DNA from: Nemertoderma westbladi
Lineage: Eukaryota; Animalia; Xenacoelomorpha
Length of the DNA: 64,000 nucleotides
Direction: 5' to 3'
NCBI GenBank assembly: GCA_032718475.1
Contig: JAUCBJ010005572.1
Span: 3,058-67,057, forward strand
Part shown: positions 36,156 to 50,088 of the stretch, piece by piece
Layout: each line of letters starts with the position of its first letter
Numbering within the stretch: position 1 is the stretch's first letter
Position numbers and translations under genes: made by a program
The notes under the pieces: model-generated
Told to the model about the DNA's origin: nothing
Seen by the model: the letters and a program-made list of their open reading frames with translations, nothing else
Database searches by the model: none

Positions 36156-37666
36156 CAAATTTCCACCTATTGTTTACATGGTATCCAATGCGGCGTTAAG
36201 TAATGTTCCCTTAGTGGTCATAACTTAACGCCGTCATGGTTTACCACGTAAACAATAACACCAAATACAATACTAAATGTACAGGCCAATACAATGCTGT
36301 AATGTCCTCGAAAGTTGTAAAGTTCTAAATAACAACTCGCTGGTAATAGTAACGGCGTTGAGTAATGTTACAATTTTGGTATAAAGTATATAACATAAAT
36401 GTTATATACTGTAGCTGCTATAATTTATAAACATTAATTACTTTCTGATTGGTTGTCAATGCTGGAAATGCCAGCTTTCAACTTTCATGTAAGATAGAAC
36501 TAGTGCATTTTGAAAGTTGAAAGTTGCATGTTGAAAGTTTACTGTTATGTGTGAACGTAAAACGTCCCCATAGGATACGATATGTTCTGTCTTTTAATTG
36601 ATAGTTGAATGTTGAAAGTTGAAAGTTTGTGACTCGGGCCTTATGACGGATTTAATGTAGTTTCATTTCCCTATTAAACATATTTATATTTTAACGAAAT
36701 TATTGGAACGAAAGCTCAATGAAAAGTGATGAAATGGAAAAGATAAGAATCATTTTATTTATTGTCTGTATTTGAAAATATTTTTATTCAAGCAAGAAGG
36801 AAAAACATACCGGTAGGCGCTAAGTGTGATATGAGCATAATTAATTAGAGGATGACTTTAATTGGAATTTATATAAGTTACACTAAAAAGTATAAGTTTT
36901 AATATTTTGTTGTTTAAAATGCACCTTTCTTTTAATCTGTAACATTTAGCAACGCATATCAACCATTACTGTGTTATTTTACTTTATTTTTAATGTTGTG
37001 TTGTTGTTATTCTCCTTTACCAAGGGGAACGGGAATGTTCCCACCCCACCACCATCTGACCTTATTGCATTACATTTGTTTTCAATATTTTGTATTTTCC
37101 GATTTTTCATTTAAACTTATCAACTATCGTGATAAAATGGCTACCTATAATGTCACATAAAAATTAACTGAAATATAACCAATAAATTATTTATTATAAT
37201 TATAAATTATGATACCCCAAATAATTATTTAGTACCAAAAGCAATTATTCAGCATTAAATAAATAAACAGTCTCCCCAAAAACGAATTATCCTTACCTGA
37301 TCGGATATTTAATTTTGGTAAATCCTTCCCAAATTTAATGGCAAAACCCCAAAATATATACAAATTCCCACAAAATGGATTACGATTTCACCAAACAAAA
37401 CAGATATACTCCAAAAATATATACATATCCCCCGAAAAAATATATTTACATTTTCCCGAATTAAATATATATAATATATTCTCCTCAGGGGCGATTTTTT
37501 CTGAATCATATATTATACACATTTTGATATGATTTTTGAATTTTTTTTTATTTTTATTTTGATTCTTGATTTTGATATGATTTGTTATAGTATTATAAAA
37601 ATATACAGTAATATAAATAAATAATAAGCATTTCTATGGTTGTTGATGTATAATTAATGTCGAAAA

Positions 37667-39342
37667 TCTATGTTCTACGCATTTCCTTAGATCATCATAA
37701 TGATGATGGGGTGATGATAACTCCACCTACTGACTCCAGCTGACGACTTAGGAGTATTCTCAGAATCACTAGAGGGAGCCCAACGGCTCCTCAGCTCATT
37801 AGAACAGGCTGCTTCTAGCGTTGGTCTTTTTATTAACTCCAGAAAGATCAAAATTTTGACAGTTAACTTTGAAAGTTCTCAGCAAGTCTTTGATCGGATG
37901 AGCATAAGCTCAAAAGATGGTATGCTTGAGCATGTGGACTACTTCTGTTACCTGGGATTATGGATCCGGAAGTCAGGTGAGGGCCTTCGAATACGTAAGG
38001 GAAAGGCATGGGCAGCCTTCAATAGGCTTTGCAGGATTTGGAAGTCACCGAGAATTAATCGGAAACTTAAGGTCCGATTATTTAGAGCAGCAGTAGTTCC
38101 AGTACTCCTCTATGGGAGTCCATGCTGGGCTCTAACTGCTGAGGACACCAAATCTCTGGATGGCACATTCACAAGAATGCTACGCCGGGTTCATTGTGTC
38201 AAGTACAATGCACACATCTCCAACCAGACACTATATAACATTGGAGGTGTCTCATTGGTTCCCCCAAGCTTGACACTAGAGCAAAATCGCCTCCGGTTTG
38301 CAGGACATTGCTTTCGCCGTGAGGACCAGCCAGTGCATAATCTTGTACTTTGGCAGCCTCATGGAGTGAAAAAGCATGGTGGACAGCCCATGACTTTCTT
38401 GAGACGCATCTTAAAGGACACTGGCCTAGAAGATGCGGATGATCTAGCAAATGTCATGGGTGATAGGGAGTTGTGGCGGTGCAATTTTGTTGACAAGCCG
38501 GCACAGCATTCTTAAAAATGCAGTTGCAATGCAGCATGCCGATCCTAGTAGTATGTTGCTGGGTCTGCCGACACTGTGTATGGCTGACCATGAGATCTGA
38601 GGGCGCTATGTTGCTGGGTCTGCCGACACTGTGTATGGTTGACCATGAGATCTGATGGCGCTATGTAGCCGGGTCTGTCGAAACTGTGTATGGTTGACCA
38701 TCAGATCTGAGGGCGCTATGTTGCTGGGTCTGCTGACACTGTGTATGGTTGACCATGAGATCTGAGGGCGCTATGTTGCTGGGTCTGCCGACACTGTGTA
38801 TGGTTGACCATGAGATCTGATGGCGCTATGTAGCTGGGTCTGTCGAAACTGTGTATGGTTGACCATGAGATCTGATGGCGCTATGTAGCTGGGTCTGTCG
38901 AAACTGTGTATGGTTGACCATGAGATCTGAGGGCGCTATGTTGCTGGGTCTGTCGAAACTGTGTATGGTTGACCATGAGATCTGAGGGCGCTATGTTGCT
39001 GGGTCTGCCGACACTGTGTATGGTTGACCATGAGATCTGATGGCGCTATGTAGCCGGTACAAAATCGCCTCCGCTTTGCAGGACATTGCTTTCGCCGTGA
39101 GGACCAGCCAGTGCATAATCGTGTACTTTGGCAGCCTCATGGAGTGAATAAGCAAGCATGGTGGACAGACCATGACTTTCTTGAGACACATCTTAAAGGA
39201 CATTGGTCTTGAAGATGCGGATGATCTAGCAAATGTCATGGGTGATAGGGAGTTGTGGCGGCGCAATTTTGTCGACAAGCCGGCACAGCATTCTTAAAAA
39301 TGCAGCTGCAATGCAGCATGCCGATAGTAGTAGTAGTAGTAG
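37667..39342 (+). mobile_element. Composite RTE-like insertion: RTE 3' part, 55-bp satellite, second RTE 3' end
   Basis: RT C-terminal ORF 37856-38515 nearly identical to 15202-15699; satellite 38553-39058; second RTE end 39059-39342 with (TAG)n tail; flanked by TAATGTC(G/C)AAAA at 37655-37666 and 39343-39354. Confidence 0.85.
38553..39058 (-). repeat. 55-bp minisatellite, about 9 copies, reverse complement of the 1108-1695 family
   Basis: Unit TATGTTGCTGGGTCTGCCGACACTGTGTATGGTTGACCATGAGATCTGAGGGCGC. Confidence 0.95.
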
Positions 39343-40254
39343 TAATGTCCAAAAAAAGTAGGGCAAACATTTCATATTTGGTGAAGAAATATTTTTTGTT
39401 AATAATGAGTTAAATTTGGGGCTTATGCCAATTATATTAGATCATATTATAAATTTCTTCTTAATCTTATACTGAATCATATCATAGGCCTATATATATA
39501 TGTGATTTATTAAATTTATTTATTTTTCACAATTTAATATTGGAAATGAAAGCGCACCGAAAGTCTATAAAATTAATATAAAATTTAATATTTGGTTATT
39601 TATGTAGGATCTGTCCGATATTATATCCTCTATCTTAGGACTGACTGCGCTGCTACTACTTTTTCATTCACAATGTGAACTATTTTGCGCGTTTATTTCA
39701 TATTACAGGGGTGGCTGGTTTTGTCATCCCAAAACAAAATATATGATAATATTAAATATATTGCTTATTTCTTCAGTATGTTTCCATAATATTAGATTGA
39801 CGTATTAAATATATTTTATTATAATTCTCTGTAGAACTACTACTTTTATTAGTTTTATAGGCTTTAGTATATTATTTGTTTCTATTTGTTAATAATTTGT
39901 ATCTTTCCATTTGTAATTCAGTTGGCCATGACAAATCCATGCTAACTGCTGCAATATTATATAGTATTTAGTTGAATTATATATTATATTAAAATGTACG
40001 TACGAGGTTGTTAACTCAAATTTTCTTACCTTCAAACATCAATTAGGTTGTGGGGCAAGCCACGAAGTTGGCTGAGTCTTAGCAAACTGACACTGTAGCG
40101 TGTTACGTATGTGGGTCAATAATGGCAAATAGTTGTTGTCGTTGTCATTGTTATATGGGTCCTTAATTAACCCAGGACCAAGGGCGTCCCTATCCCAGAA
40201 CGAAAGGGGTCCTAGTTACTTAATTTGTGTCTAATGTTGACGGTGACCCTGAAC

Positions 40255-40760
40255 TATTTGTTATGGGGAGTCCTCCCGGCAGGGAGACGCACTTGCGCCA
40301 TTCATATTGCGCCATTCTTGTTCATAATTGTGGTTGACTATGTTATTCGCATGTCCTTAGATCATCATAATGATGATGGGGTGATGGTAACTCCACCTAC
40401 TGGCTCCAGAAGTCGAGGAAATCGTGCCAAATACCTAACTGATCTAGACTTTGCTGATGACTTAGGAGTACTCTCAGAATCACTAGAGGGAGTCCAACGG
40501 CTTCTCAGCTCATTCTAGTGTTGGTCTTTTTATTAACTCCAAACAGACCAACATTTTGACAGTTAACTTTGAAAGTCCTCAGCAAATTTCTGGTCAGATG
40601 AGCATAAGCTCAAAGGATGGCATGCTTGAGCATGTGGACGACGTCTGTTACCTGGGATCAAGGATCCGGAAGTCAGGTGAGGAGGACCTTCGAATACGTA
40701 AGGGAAAGGCATGGGCAGCCTTGAATAGGCTTTCCATGATTTGGAAGTCACGTAGAATTC
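40255..40760 (+). mobile_element. RTE-like LINE internal fragment (RT core)
   Basis: APFLFIIVVDYVIR...YLTDLDFADDLGVLS...CYLGS; same family as 23015-24230, truncated on both sides. Confidence 0.85.
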
Positions 40761-40975
40761 TCAACCCATTTCCATCATTTTAATTCGTTTAAGCTGAATC
40801 TTGGCATTACTCCAACTACACTTCTACTCAGTTTGCTGCTATAGGTCGAAAACTCTCAATGTGAAAAACCTTCTCTCATTTCGTTATTTGTTTTCCATTC
40901 AGGCTGAAACTTGCAGATATACATGCTACTCCGTAGTCCATCTATATACATTATATATACACTATATATATAAAT

Positions 40976-42689
40976 ATTAATGAGGGACACAAACATTAAC
41001 GAGGGACAAAAACATTAATGAGGGACACAAACATTAATGAGGTACACAAACATTAATGAGGGACCCAAACATTAATGAGGGACACAAACATTAATGAGGG
41101 ACACAAACATTAATGAGGTACACAAACATTAATGAGGTACACTAACATTAATGAGGTACACAAACATTAATGATGGACAAAATTATTAATGAGGGACACA
41201 AACATTAATGAGGGACAAAAACATTAATGAGGGACACAAACATTAATGAGGGACACAAACATTAATGAGGGACACAAACATTAATGAGGGACACAAACAT
41301 TAATAAGGGACACAAACATTAATGAGGGACACAATGACATTAATGAGGGACACAAACATTAATGAGGGATACAAACATTAATGAGGGACACAAACATTAA
41401 TGAGGGACACAAACATTAATGAGGGACACAAACATTAATGAGGGACACAAACATTAATGAGGGACACAAACATTAATGAGGTACACTAACATTAATGAGG
41501 TACACAAACATTAATGAGGGACAAAAACATTAATGAGGGACACAAACATTAATGAGGGACAAAAACATTAATGAGGGACACAAACATTAATGAGGGACAC
41601 AAACATTAATGAGGGACACAAACATTAATAAGGGACACAAACATTAATGAGGGAAACAATGAATTAATGAGGGACACAAACATTAATGAGGTACACTAAC
41701 ATTAATGAGGTACACAAACATTAATGAGGGACAAAAACATTAATGAGGGACACAAACATTAATGAGGGACAAAAACATTAATGAGGGACACAAACATTAA
41801 TGAGGGACACAAACATTAATGAGGTACACTAACATTAATGAGGTACACAAACATTAATGAGGGACACAAACATTAATGAGGTACACTAACATTAATGAGG
41901 TACACAAACATTAATGAGGGACAAAAACATTAATGAGGGACACAAACATTAATGAGGGACAAAAACATTCATGAGGGACACAAACATTAATGAGGGACAC
42001 AAACATTAATGAGGGACACAAACATTAATGAGGGACACAAACATTAATAAGGGACACAAACATTAATGAGGGAAACAATGAATTAATGAGCGACACAAAC
42101 ATTAATGAGGGACAAAAACATTAATGAGGGACACAAACATTAATGAGGGACACAAACATTAATGAGGGACACAAACATTAATGAGGGACACAAACATTAA
42201 TGAGGGACACAAACATTAATAAGGGACACAAACATTAATGAGGGAAACAATGAATTAATGAGGGACACAAACATTAATGAGGGATACAAACATTAATGAG
42301 GGACAAAAACATTAATGAGGTACACAAACATTAATGAGGGACACAAACATTAATGAGGGACACAAACATTAATGAGGGACACAAACATTAATAAGGGACA
42401 CAAACATTAATGAGGGAAACAATGAATTAATGAGGGACACAAACATTAATGAGGGATACAAACATTAATGAGGGACAAAAACATTAATGAGGTACACAAA
42501 CATTAATGAGGGACACAAACATTAATGAGGGACACAAACATTAATGAGGGACAAAAACATTAATGAGGGACACAAACATTAATGAGGGACACAAACATTA
42601 ATGAGGGACACAAACATTAATTAGGGGCACAAAGATTAATGAGGGGCACAAACATTAATGAGGGACACAAACATTAATGAGGGATACAA
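40976..42689. repeat. 19-bp satellite, about 90 copies
   Basis: Unit CATTAATGAGGGACACAAA with recurring variants (GGTACACTAA, GGGAAACAATG, TAAGGG); about 1.5 inverted units at 42791-42820. Confidence 0.97.
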
Positions 42690-45600
42690 CCCTCACACTC
42701 TAAATATTAATTTAGTTAATAGTGCCCAACAAAAAGTTATAATAATATGAAGGCACTCATTCACCCATAACACCAATAATAAATCATTCATGTTTGTGTC
42801 CCTCATTAATGTTTGTGTCCTGGCCGCTATGGGCTTCCGTAGTTATGTTATTAGGGGACATCTGGTTAGATTTTGCTTTAATAATTCTTCCGATTAACAC
42901 TTTACCATCATTTTATGCCACGTGCTGCGCAAACGCGCCACGTCGTGTATGTATGTGTTTTAATCCAAAATTATATCATATTATTGGACTTGTAAATGAT
43001 GGGTAATTGTTTTTTAAGAATTTCTCAAATTTTATATTTTATACAAATTTTATTTGTTAATATACGATTATAATATATACTGTAGTATAAAAGTTTGGAC
43101 GTAGCCTAATATGAAAAACCTTCAGCCACTACATCTACTTTATTAAGTTCGCAGTTACCTGTAGTGTACTGTACAATCCACGATATTGTATTAGCTAATA
43201 TTTTAATTTATTAAATAATGGCGTACATTCTCCTCTCCTCTAAAGATGTCATGTTCTAGGTCTACATAACAACCTCTCGTCTTCGATTTATAGATATGTA
43301 GGGAAAACAGAACGATTACAGACGATATATTTACAATAATTTCTAACGATAGATTTAAATTCAAAACAAAAAGGTTGGAGTAAAGGAAATATAATGATAA
43401 ATATATCATGAGATCGATTTGAGCAGCAGTAATCGAGATCATTGTTTTTCTCAGTAGAACAAATAATCCTCGGAAAACAAACCACTCCTAACGACAAACA
43501 AGATAAGGATGAGAGGTTGGAAACATATCCATTATATATATTCGATCAATTCCATTACGATGAAACGTAAGGAAAATTGAGAATGCGACTGTAATAATAC
43601 AATTTGAAGGAAGATGTAATGTTAGTGTTTTGGTTTATAAGTGGGTTCCCACCCACCCATTAATTACTGATACATTTTACTCTCATAAATTATATTTCCG
43701 ATTTTTTTCTTCATTGTATACTAGACATTAAATTGTTTTTGATATATATATATCTATAAAGAACATCATAAACATTTAACGGCATATCACAGGGTTAACA
43801 CTTTGCACGCCAACAGGCTTTTTAATTCATCCCCATGGAACATGTAACACAGGATGGACCAGTTTTCCAGAGAAGAATAATTTCAACAGCCGCTGACTAA
43901 GTTAAAAGTTATTAGGAGCCCACTCGACAGGCGAGATACTTATTGTAAAAATCTGCGGGATACTTACTGTAAAAATCTCAGGATATATAACACTGACTGA
44001 CTGACTGACTGACTGATAATTATCCAGGTTCAGGCACTTCCTGCCTGGCGATTTTGTTGAAATTTTACAAGTAAATTGCTTTGGTGGTTCATAATCGCGT
44101 TACAAAATATCAGATCGATTCTATGTGTGGTATTCGATATATTTAGTTTTTTGAAATTATTTTGTCGCGAAATTAAAAGCAATGTTAAAGTAACAACTCC
44201 TCCCTGAGCTGCAGCAGCTTTATAGCTGTGTAGGAATAGTTGAGTTCAGGGCTGCCTGAGATAGAATTCCATCAAGGCAGAATTTCTTGACTACACCCCT
44301 TCTGCTGCTGGCTGCTGGCTGAGTCTACACATCCTTTATCAGCTCTCAGGGATAAACAGAAAATAGTTCAGTTGTCAATAAACAAAACAAATTATACCAC
44401 TGCAGTAGGATTATATTATTATTATTCCACGAATCATTGGGCTGATTATTTTGTATAGGATATATGTAAAAAGTTCTTAAAAATAATATTCTTATTTTTT
44501 TTTATTACATAGGATTAGCATCATTATTTAGCTGAAGCATTAATAGTGTAAATTAATTTAATTATATTTTAATACCATTACTACATTGGCATACTGTAAG
44601 ATAAGTTTTAACATTTCATACAAATAGTGGTGCGAGCATAAAACTCAAATCACGCAAATTTAAAAGAACCGGGTGTGTTATAGCAAAGTTTCATTTTTTA
44701 TTATGTGGGACGAGCCACAAAGTCAGCTAGCCCCACGCCTTATAGTTTAGACAATTGTTTAGTTTTTACTCACTGCTGACCGACAAGGTTTATTTGTAAT
44801 AGTCTTGTAAATAGGATTTTTCCCCCGGGCTCCTTCCAGCCAGCTTGCTGGCTTTCTAGTTAATGTAGTCGAATCATTGTATGCCGAAATAATACATTTT
44901 ACGATCAGTACTAATAAGGTTCGTATAGGCCTATTAGCTCCTATATTCTAGGTCTGTGGTACTTGTATACTCACTCAGATACAGTACAATAATTAATTTA
45001 ATTAATCGTTAATATTAATGGTAAATAATTAAATCTGAAACACATTTCATTCAATTCGGCACCCATTAAACCCATATATTCCACATTCTACCCCCGAAAA
45101 CTAGCCGGTATGAAATATGGGCACAAAGAAGCAAAAGGATTTAACCCACAATGAAAATTGCCACCAAGTAAAGGTGAAATAATAGTGCAAGATACTGAAG
45201 TATAATATAAATATATCAATCACCATAACCACCAGATATTTTAAATACTAACTTTTCATTTAATTAAACTAATTCATATTAGATAACCTATGTTCTAGAT
45301 AACCTGAAAGAATGAGAGAATTTGAATGTAAATTATAATTTTATTATTAATTTATTGACTGTAAATAATGAAAAATAATGATATAAATAATGATGTAAAT
45401 TATGAAATAAAACATTGATAAATATCACGCGGCCGACGCTACATTTAAATTGTTTCGAACGGAACAACAATAATTTATTTATCAACTAATAAAATAAATA
45501 AAACCATGAAAGACCAATAGGTGAGGGTTCGTAAGAGTTAACGTTTTTTGGTGGTAATGGGGGGGGGGGGGGGGGGCAGTAACGTCTGTAGGCCGAAACC

Positions 45601-45948
45601 CCCGACTGCATAAAGTAAAATGATTTACGACTGACGAAATATATGGCCTACAAATATTAGGCAGGGGCGCAAGTGTATGATAGATTATCATAAAAGCGGG
45701 TGGTGGGAGCATAGCAGACACTGCTCCAGATACAACAACCGGCCATTGAGATGATTTTTTTAATTGCCTCTTTTAAGATTGTAGTTGCAAATCAAATAAC
45801 ATTACCGTTGCGCTGTCGCCAAATGTCACCATATTTACTGTACTGTACGTACATCGCTTTCACCATACAAACAATACTGCATTATAAATATCAGAATTAT
45901 TACTTTTTTACAATATTATTTAAAATGAAATGACTATGTAATTTAGGC

Positions 45949-47280
45949 TTACATGAAGTAAATATTCCACCCCCTTATTTTAGCTATTAACATATGAATT
46001 AACAGAGTTAATATTAGTGGCAAACCAAACATACTGAATATACAGCATGCCATTGGGAAACCAAAGTAGTCAGTTAGTAAGCCACCGAGTATGGGTCCTA
46101 AAATATTGCCGAGCGAAATGGTTATCTTCAATCCAGTCTGTAGGAGAGTCCTGGTGTCTACGTTGTCATGACATCCCCCGGGTCCTAGTGCGATTCGAGT
46201 CTGCAACTCCAGACCAGGGTGGCGGGTTATCCCTGTAGTTATGCCCAATAGTGCGCAACCTAAAATCGATGAAGCGAAACCAGACGACCCATCTTCGTTA
46301 TTGGTAGGTCCAATAAGTTGCATGGTAACGGGAGTCAATAAGTAACCCAAAACAGTTGGATATGTTGGGTTAATTTGCGGGTATTTCTGCATCAAGTGAG
46401 CGGATAAGAGTCCGAGAGAGGAAGAAACCAATGGATAAATCGCGAAAATACCTCCGATCTCGTTCTGGTTTTTATGGAAAACTCGGTGTAAATGCAAGGC
46501 GTAATTCGCTGTGACCATCATGATGCATCCTTTATGGTAGGCTTGGATGAGAGCTAATATAGAAATACTGAAGTTTTTGTATAGACTCCAGTAAGAGGGT
46601 CTGTTTCCAATGGACTCGGGCCTATCAGTAAGAATCGCTGGAGACTCCACATAAGAGTAGAGGCAAATTATGGTAAACAGAGCTCCAGGTACGACAAATG
46701 TTGCGAGGAATCCGATATTAGCGTACGCCAAGGCGCCAAAGGTGGGACCAGAGGCAGACCCTATTATTGATGCGATAACAGCCAGACCGGAGAAGAAAGT
46801 CCTATGTCTTGGAAACACATCCATTAGTAGACTGTAACCATAGTTGCAACTAATATTGAGACCTATTGCTTCGAAGATCCTGAGTGCGAAACACACAATA
46901 ATATACACGATGTTGTTGGAGATATACTCTACGAACCCGAAGCAAAGAAGGGAGATTGCGCCAAATGTTCCAAAGACGGCGAGAGATACACGAGTTCCTA
47001 AGGAGTTAATTGTGAGAATAAAGAAGGAATTGATAATGATTCTCACCACAGAGAATGACGTAAATAGTGATCCGATTAGAGTGTTTGACCAGCCGCGTGG
47101 TTGAACCACCAAAGGAAAGAATGATTCTAGCAGAGTTACGCACCAACCCGGCACGATCTGCAAGGCTGTCAACATCACCCCTAATATGATCATTCGTTTT
47201 GAGTAGGTTTGATTAGGCTGGGGACCGGTGGGTGTCTGTATGTCAGGGTTATCTTCTGGATGGCCCAGGGTCTCTGCCAT
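45949..47280 (-). CDS. Major facilitator superfamily transporter (SLC18B1-like), single exon
   Basis: 443 aa with about 12 hydrophobic segments; FFPLVVQPRGWSNTLIGSLF, LRIFEAIG, FPRHR, GSASGPTFG, SLGNILGPILGGLLTDYFGF are typical of MFS/SLC18-type carriers. The subfamily is inferred. Confidence 0.88.
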   Translation of the reverse strand: MAETLGHPEDNPDIQTPTGPQPNQTYSKRMIILGVMLTALQIVPGWCVTLLESFFPLVVQPRGWSNTLIGSLFTSFSVVRIIINSFFILTINSLGTRVSLAVFGTFGAISLLCFGFVEYISNNIVYIIVCFALRIFEAIGLNISCNYGYSLLMDVFPRHRTFFSGLAVIASIIGSASGPTFGALAYANIGFLATFVVPGALFTIICLYSYVESPAILTDRPESIGNRPSYWSLYKNFSISILALIQAYHKGCIMMVTANYALHLHRVFHKNQNEIGGIFAIYPLVSSSLGLLSAHLMQKYPQINPTYPTVLGYLLTPVTMQLIGPTNNEDGSSGFASSILGCALLGITTGITRHPGLELQTRIALGPGGCHDNVDTRTLLQTGLKITISLGNILGPILGGLLTDYFGFPMACCIFSMFGLPLILTLLIHMLIAKIRGWNIYFM

Positions 47281-49803
47281 GGTTTGATAAGTCTTTATCT
47301 AACAATAGAAGCCAACGGGCGAGAATTCTAGTTGGTGATATTAAATGGTACTACAAATAAAATACAAATGTCACGCACGGTTAGAATGGGAAAGCAAGCG
47401 CGGCAAGCTACTGTATGTTAGCTAAATGGAGCGATCTATATTGATACAACATAAAAAAAACACATTTACAGCTCGTGGTGGCCATCAATTGCGTCTCAAT
47501 ATTACAATCACGCTTCATGCAATGAACGTGATACAGTTTTGAAATAAGTTGTTTCATTTTTATTTAAATTTCGAATTTGAACCTAATAAACAATCATCTC
47601 CAGCAGATATTTCTTCGTGTGACCGAAACGAAAATTGTCATAAATTTTCGCATAAAGTTTAATAAAATGGTGTCGAAAGCAACATTTTGAAATTTCGATG
47701 TAGCTACAGTAGTATAGCGCATATCGGCGTTAGCGCCCAACGTCTGTTGGGCTGTTGTGAAACTACCAGAACAAGATAAAACTGTACTGCACCAAAATAA
47801 GAGTACGAGGAAGCTACACTACAGAATAACAGTCTGTTCTTGTAGAAACACCCATGACTCTTCCCCTGCCTTGAATGGGGCCAGCCCTTTTAAAGACCAC
47901 ACCATCTGATTTATCTATATTTGCTTGCAGATAACTCAACTACACTGCTATGCTGTAAATATTAAACTAAATCCATTCACACATTCATATTCATACAGTA
48001 CAATGACAGTCATAAATACATTCAATTTGTGAAAAAAGTAAGTATAATACTGTAGCCCAGAAATGGCTGTGTGTAATTAAACCGTTTTCTGATTAAAACG
48101 TTTTTTTCATAATAACAATAACATAAAGTTTATTGAAAAACCCCTAATTTCTAAGTGAACTAAAATTGTAAAACTATATTTAAATTGTTTCTAGGTTAAC
48201 CAACTGCCTTAATTTTTTAAATAAATGATGGGAAAAGAATGCAAAATCCCAAAAACAATACAATAATTAACTACATAATCGAGTGTTGGGGCTATTACTA
48301 ATATAGTGATATTATGGATAAATAGATATCTATTTAATGGTAATTCTGATCTTTAGTGTGAATGGAAAAGTTATGGCAGTGCCAATATTTCGGCCACAAC
48401 ATGTGATAACACGTAAGGTACTGTACTGTAAGTACAATACATACAGTAGTTAATAGTTATAGTGTTGAATGTCAGAATTTAGAACACAACAGTAGCCTAC
48501 CGTTAAATGTTTAAGGTTATACGTAGCCAGATGCATCCCGACTCGCCCTGTTAAAGGCCTGTTATTTGTGTAATAATTAATTTTTTTAATAATTTTTAAT
48601 AATTTTTTTTCAATAATTATATTACATGACTTCGTCAAAATAGTAACACTGAAAAAATATTTTTGATGACAATAAATATCCGACCTGCATATTTCCATTA
48701 TGTGTACCCCGCCCGGTGATCTTGGCCCACAGCTATAATTGCAGATGAACTATAACTACACGTAAATCAACTATTGAATTGAATATGTAAAACATTGATT
48801 CATAATAGCTTACAACACTGCATCTAAAGTATTTGATAATTATTGTAAATTATATGTAATAAATTCTCCATTTTTTTTCCTTGAATAACGTGGAATGAAC
48901 AGGAAACAGAGTACCAGATGTTGGCAATGAAATGATCGTAAAACTTATCATCATTTCTATTATCGAAACATTTGGCAGAAACATCGCGATTGCTATAAAC
49001 ATACTGTATTAGCATTGACTTACTGACTGACTGGATCTACAGTCAAACAGGCTAACCGTATTCTACGGTCCCTGGGATGATCGGCTTCTCCGCCCATAGG
49101 CTGGACTCGAAAAATAGACATAAACGAAAAAGCGTAATAGGCGCAATGATAAAAACACCAGCTGGCACTCATAAAAATGGATAGAGATGGCCTAGTAATG
49201 ATATTCTATAGGAATGGCTGTTACGGGAGCGATCCCTGATGCACTTCGGCACAGTGCATTGTAACTAACCTACAAGGTTTCGATGTCCTGACATTAGGCC
49301 GCCTCCAATATACAGTACACCATGTCCCAGAATATAGTGTCGTATTTCAATGACCCTCCCCCCCCCCCCCCCCCCCCAATTTTTCTACAAATCTTAATGA
49401 GATTGCATGCAATTTGAAACAGAGATAGTTTCACCTCCCGACCACTAACTGGGTGAGCCAGAATTTTTGTTTTTGCTTTCAATCTTTAGCTACAAGTGTT
49501 TAAGAAACACTATACTATTTCTTGTTGTCTCTTTTACTTGAAATAAAAAGTCGGTTCCTTTTCGGGCCGCTAGGCCCGTCACGACTATTTCCCTCTAATG
49601 CGTTCCAAATTTCTGACCTCCTAAAACCTGATAAAAATAGTTGTTATTAAAATGGACTAAAATTAACTGGATCTGGACAGCAATAATATCCGGGCACCTA
49701 GAGACGAGCTTTTTGTGTAAATTCATCGAGAAGTTTTACCTCTAGCCTTCCTAATTTATTATTGGTGTTTTGGGGAATGAGTAGTTTTCATATTAATATA
49801 ACA

Positions 49804-50088
49804 TTTGTTGGGCGCAGCTTTGCAAAGTTGGCAATAACGTCAAGGTGGGATCGAACTGGTGACCTCCGGGTTGGAAGTCTGACGCTCTAACCATTCAGCT
49901 AGCGTTAAATTTCTCCGTGTCTTCATGGCCTCCCATCGGATGGGAGGCGGATGGGAAGTATTTCCTGGTCTACCTTATACCTGAGCCGCTAACTGAATGG
50001 TTAAAGCGACAGACTTCCAACCCGGAGGTCACCAAGTTCGATTCCACCTGGACTTCATTGCCGACTTTGCAAAGCTGTGCCCAACAAA
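49804..50088. mobile_element. Inverted pair of tRNA-derived (SINE-like) heads forming a foldback element
   Basis: Arms 49804-49904 and 49987-50088 are imperfect reverse complements. The plus arm has A-box-like TAACTGAATGG and B-box GTTCGATTCC. The spacer holds the palindrome GCCTCCCATCGGATGGGAGGC. Confidence 0.7.

Larger units (their letters stand above)
27122..36640 (+). mobile_element. PIF/Harbinger-derived DNA transposon (internally deleted), split by a nested LTR element
   Basis: TIR GGCCCGGGTCACACA versus TTTGTGACTCGGGCC; TTA TSD at 27119-27121 and 36641-36643; subterminal TTCAAC repeats; transposase remnant inside. Confidence 0.85.

Noticed and set aside
44835-44860. Hairpin GCCAGC-TT-GCTGGC followed by CTAGT, like a Helitron 3' end
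   Set aside because: No 5' end or second copy is identifiable in the window.
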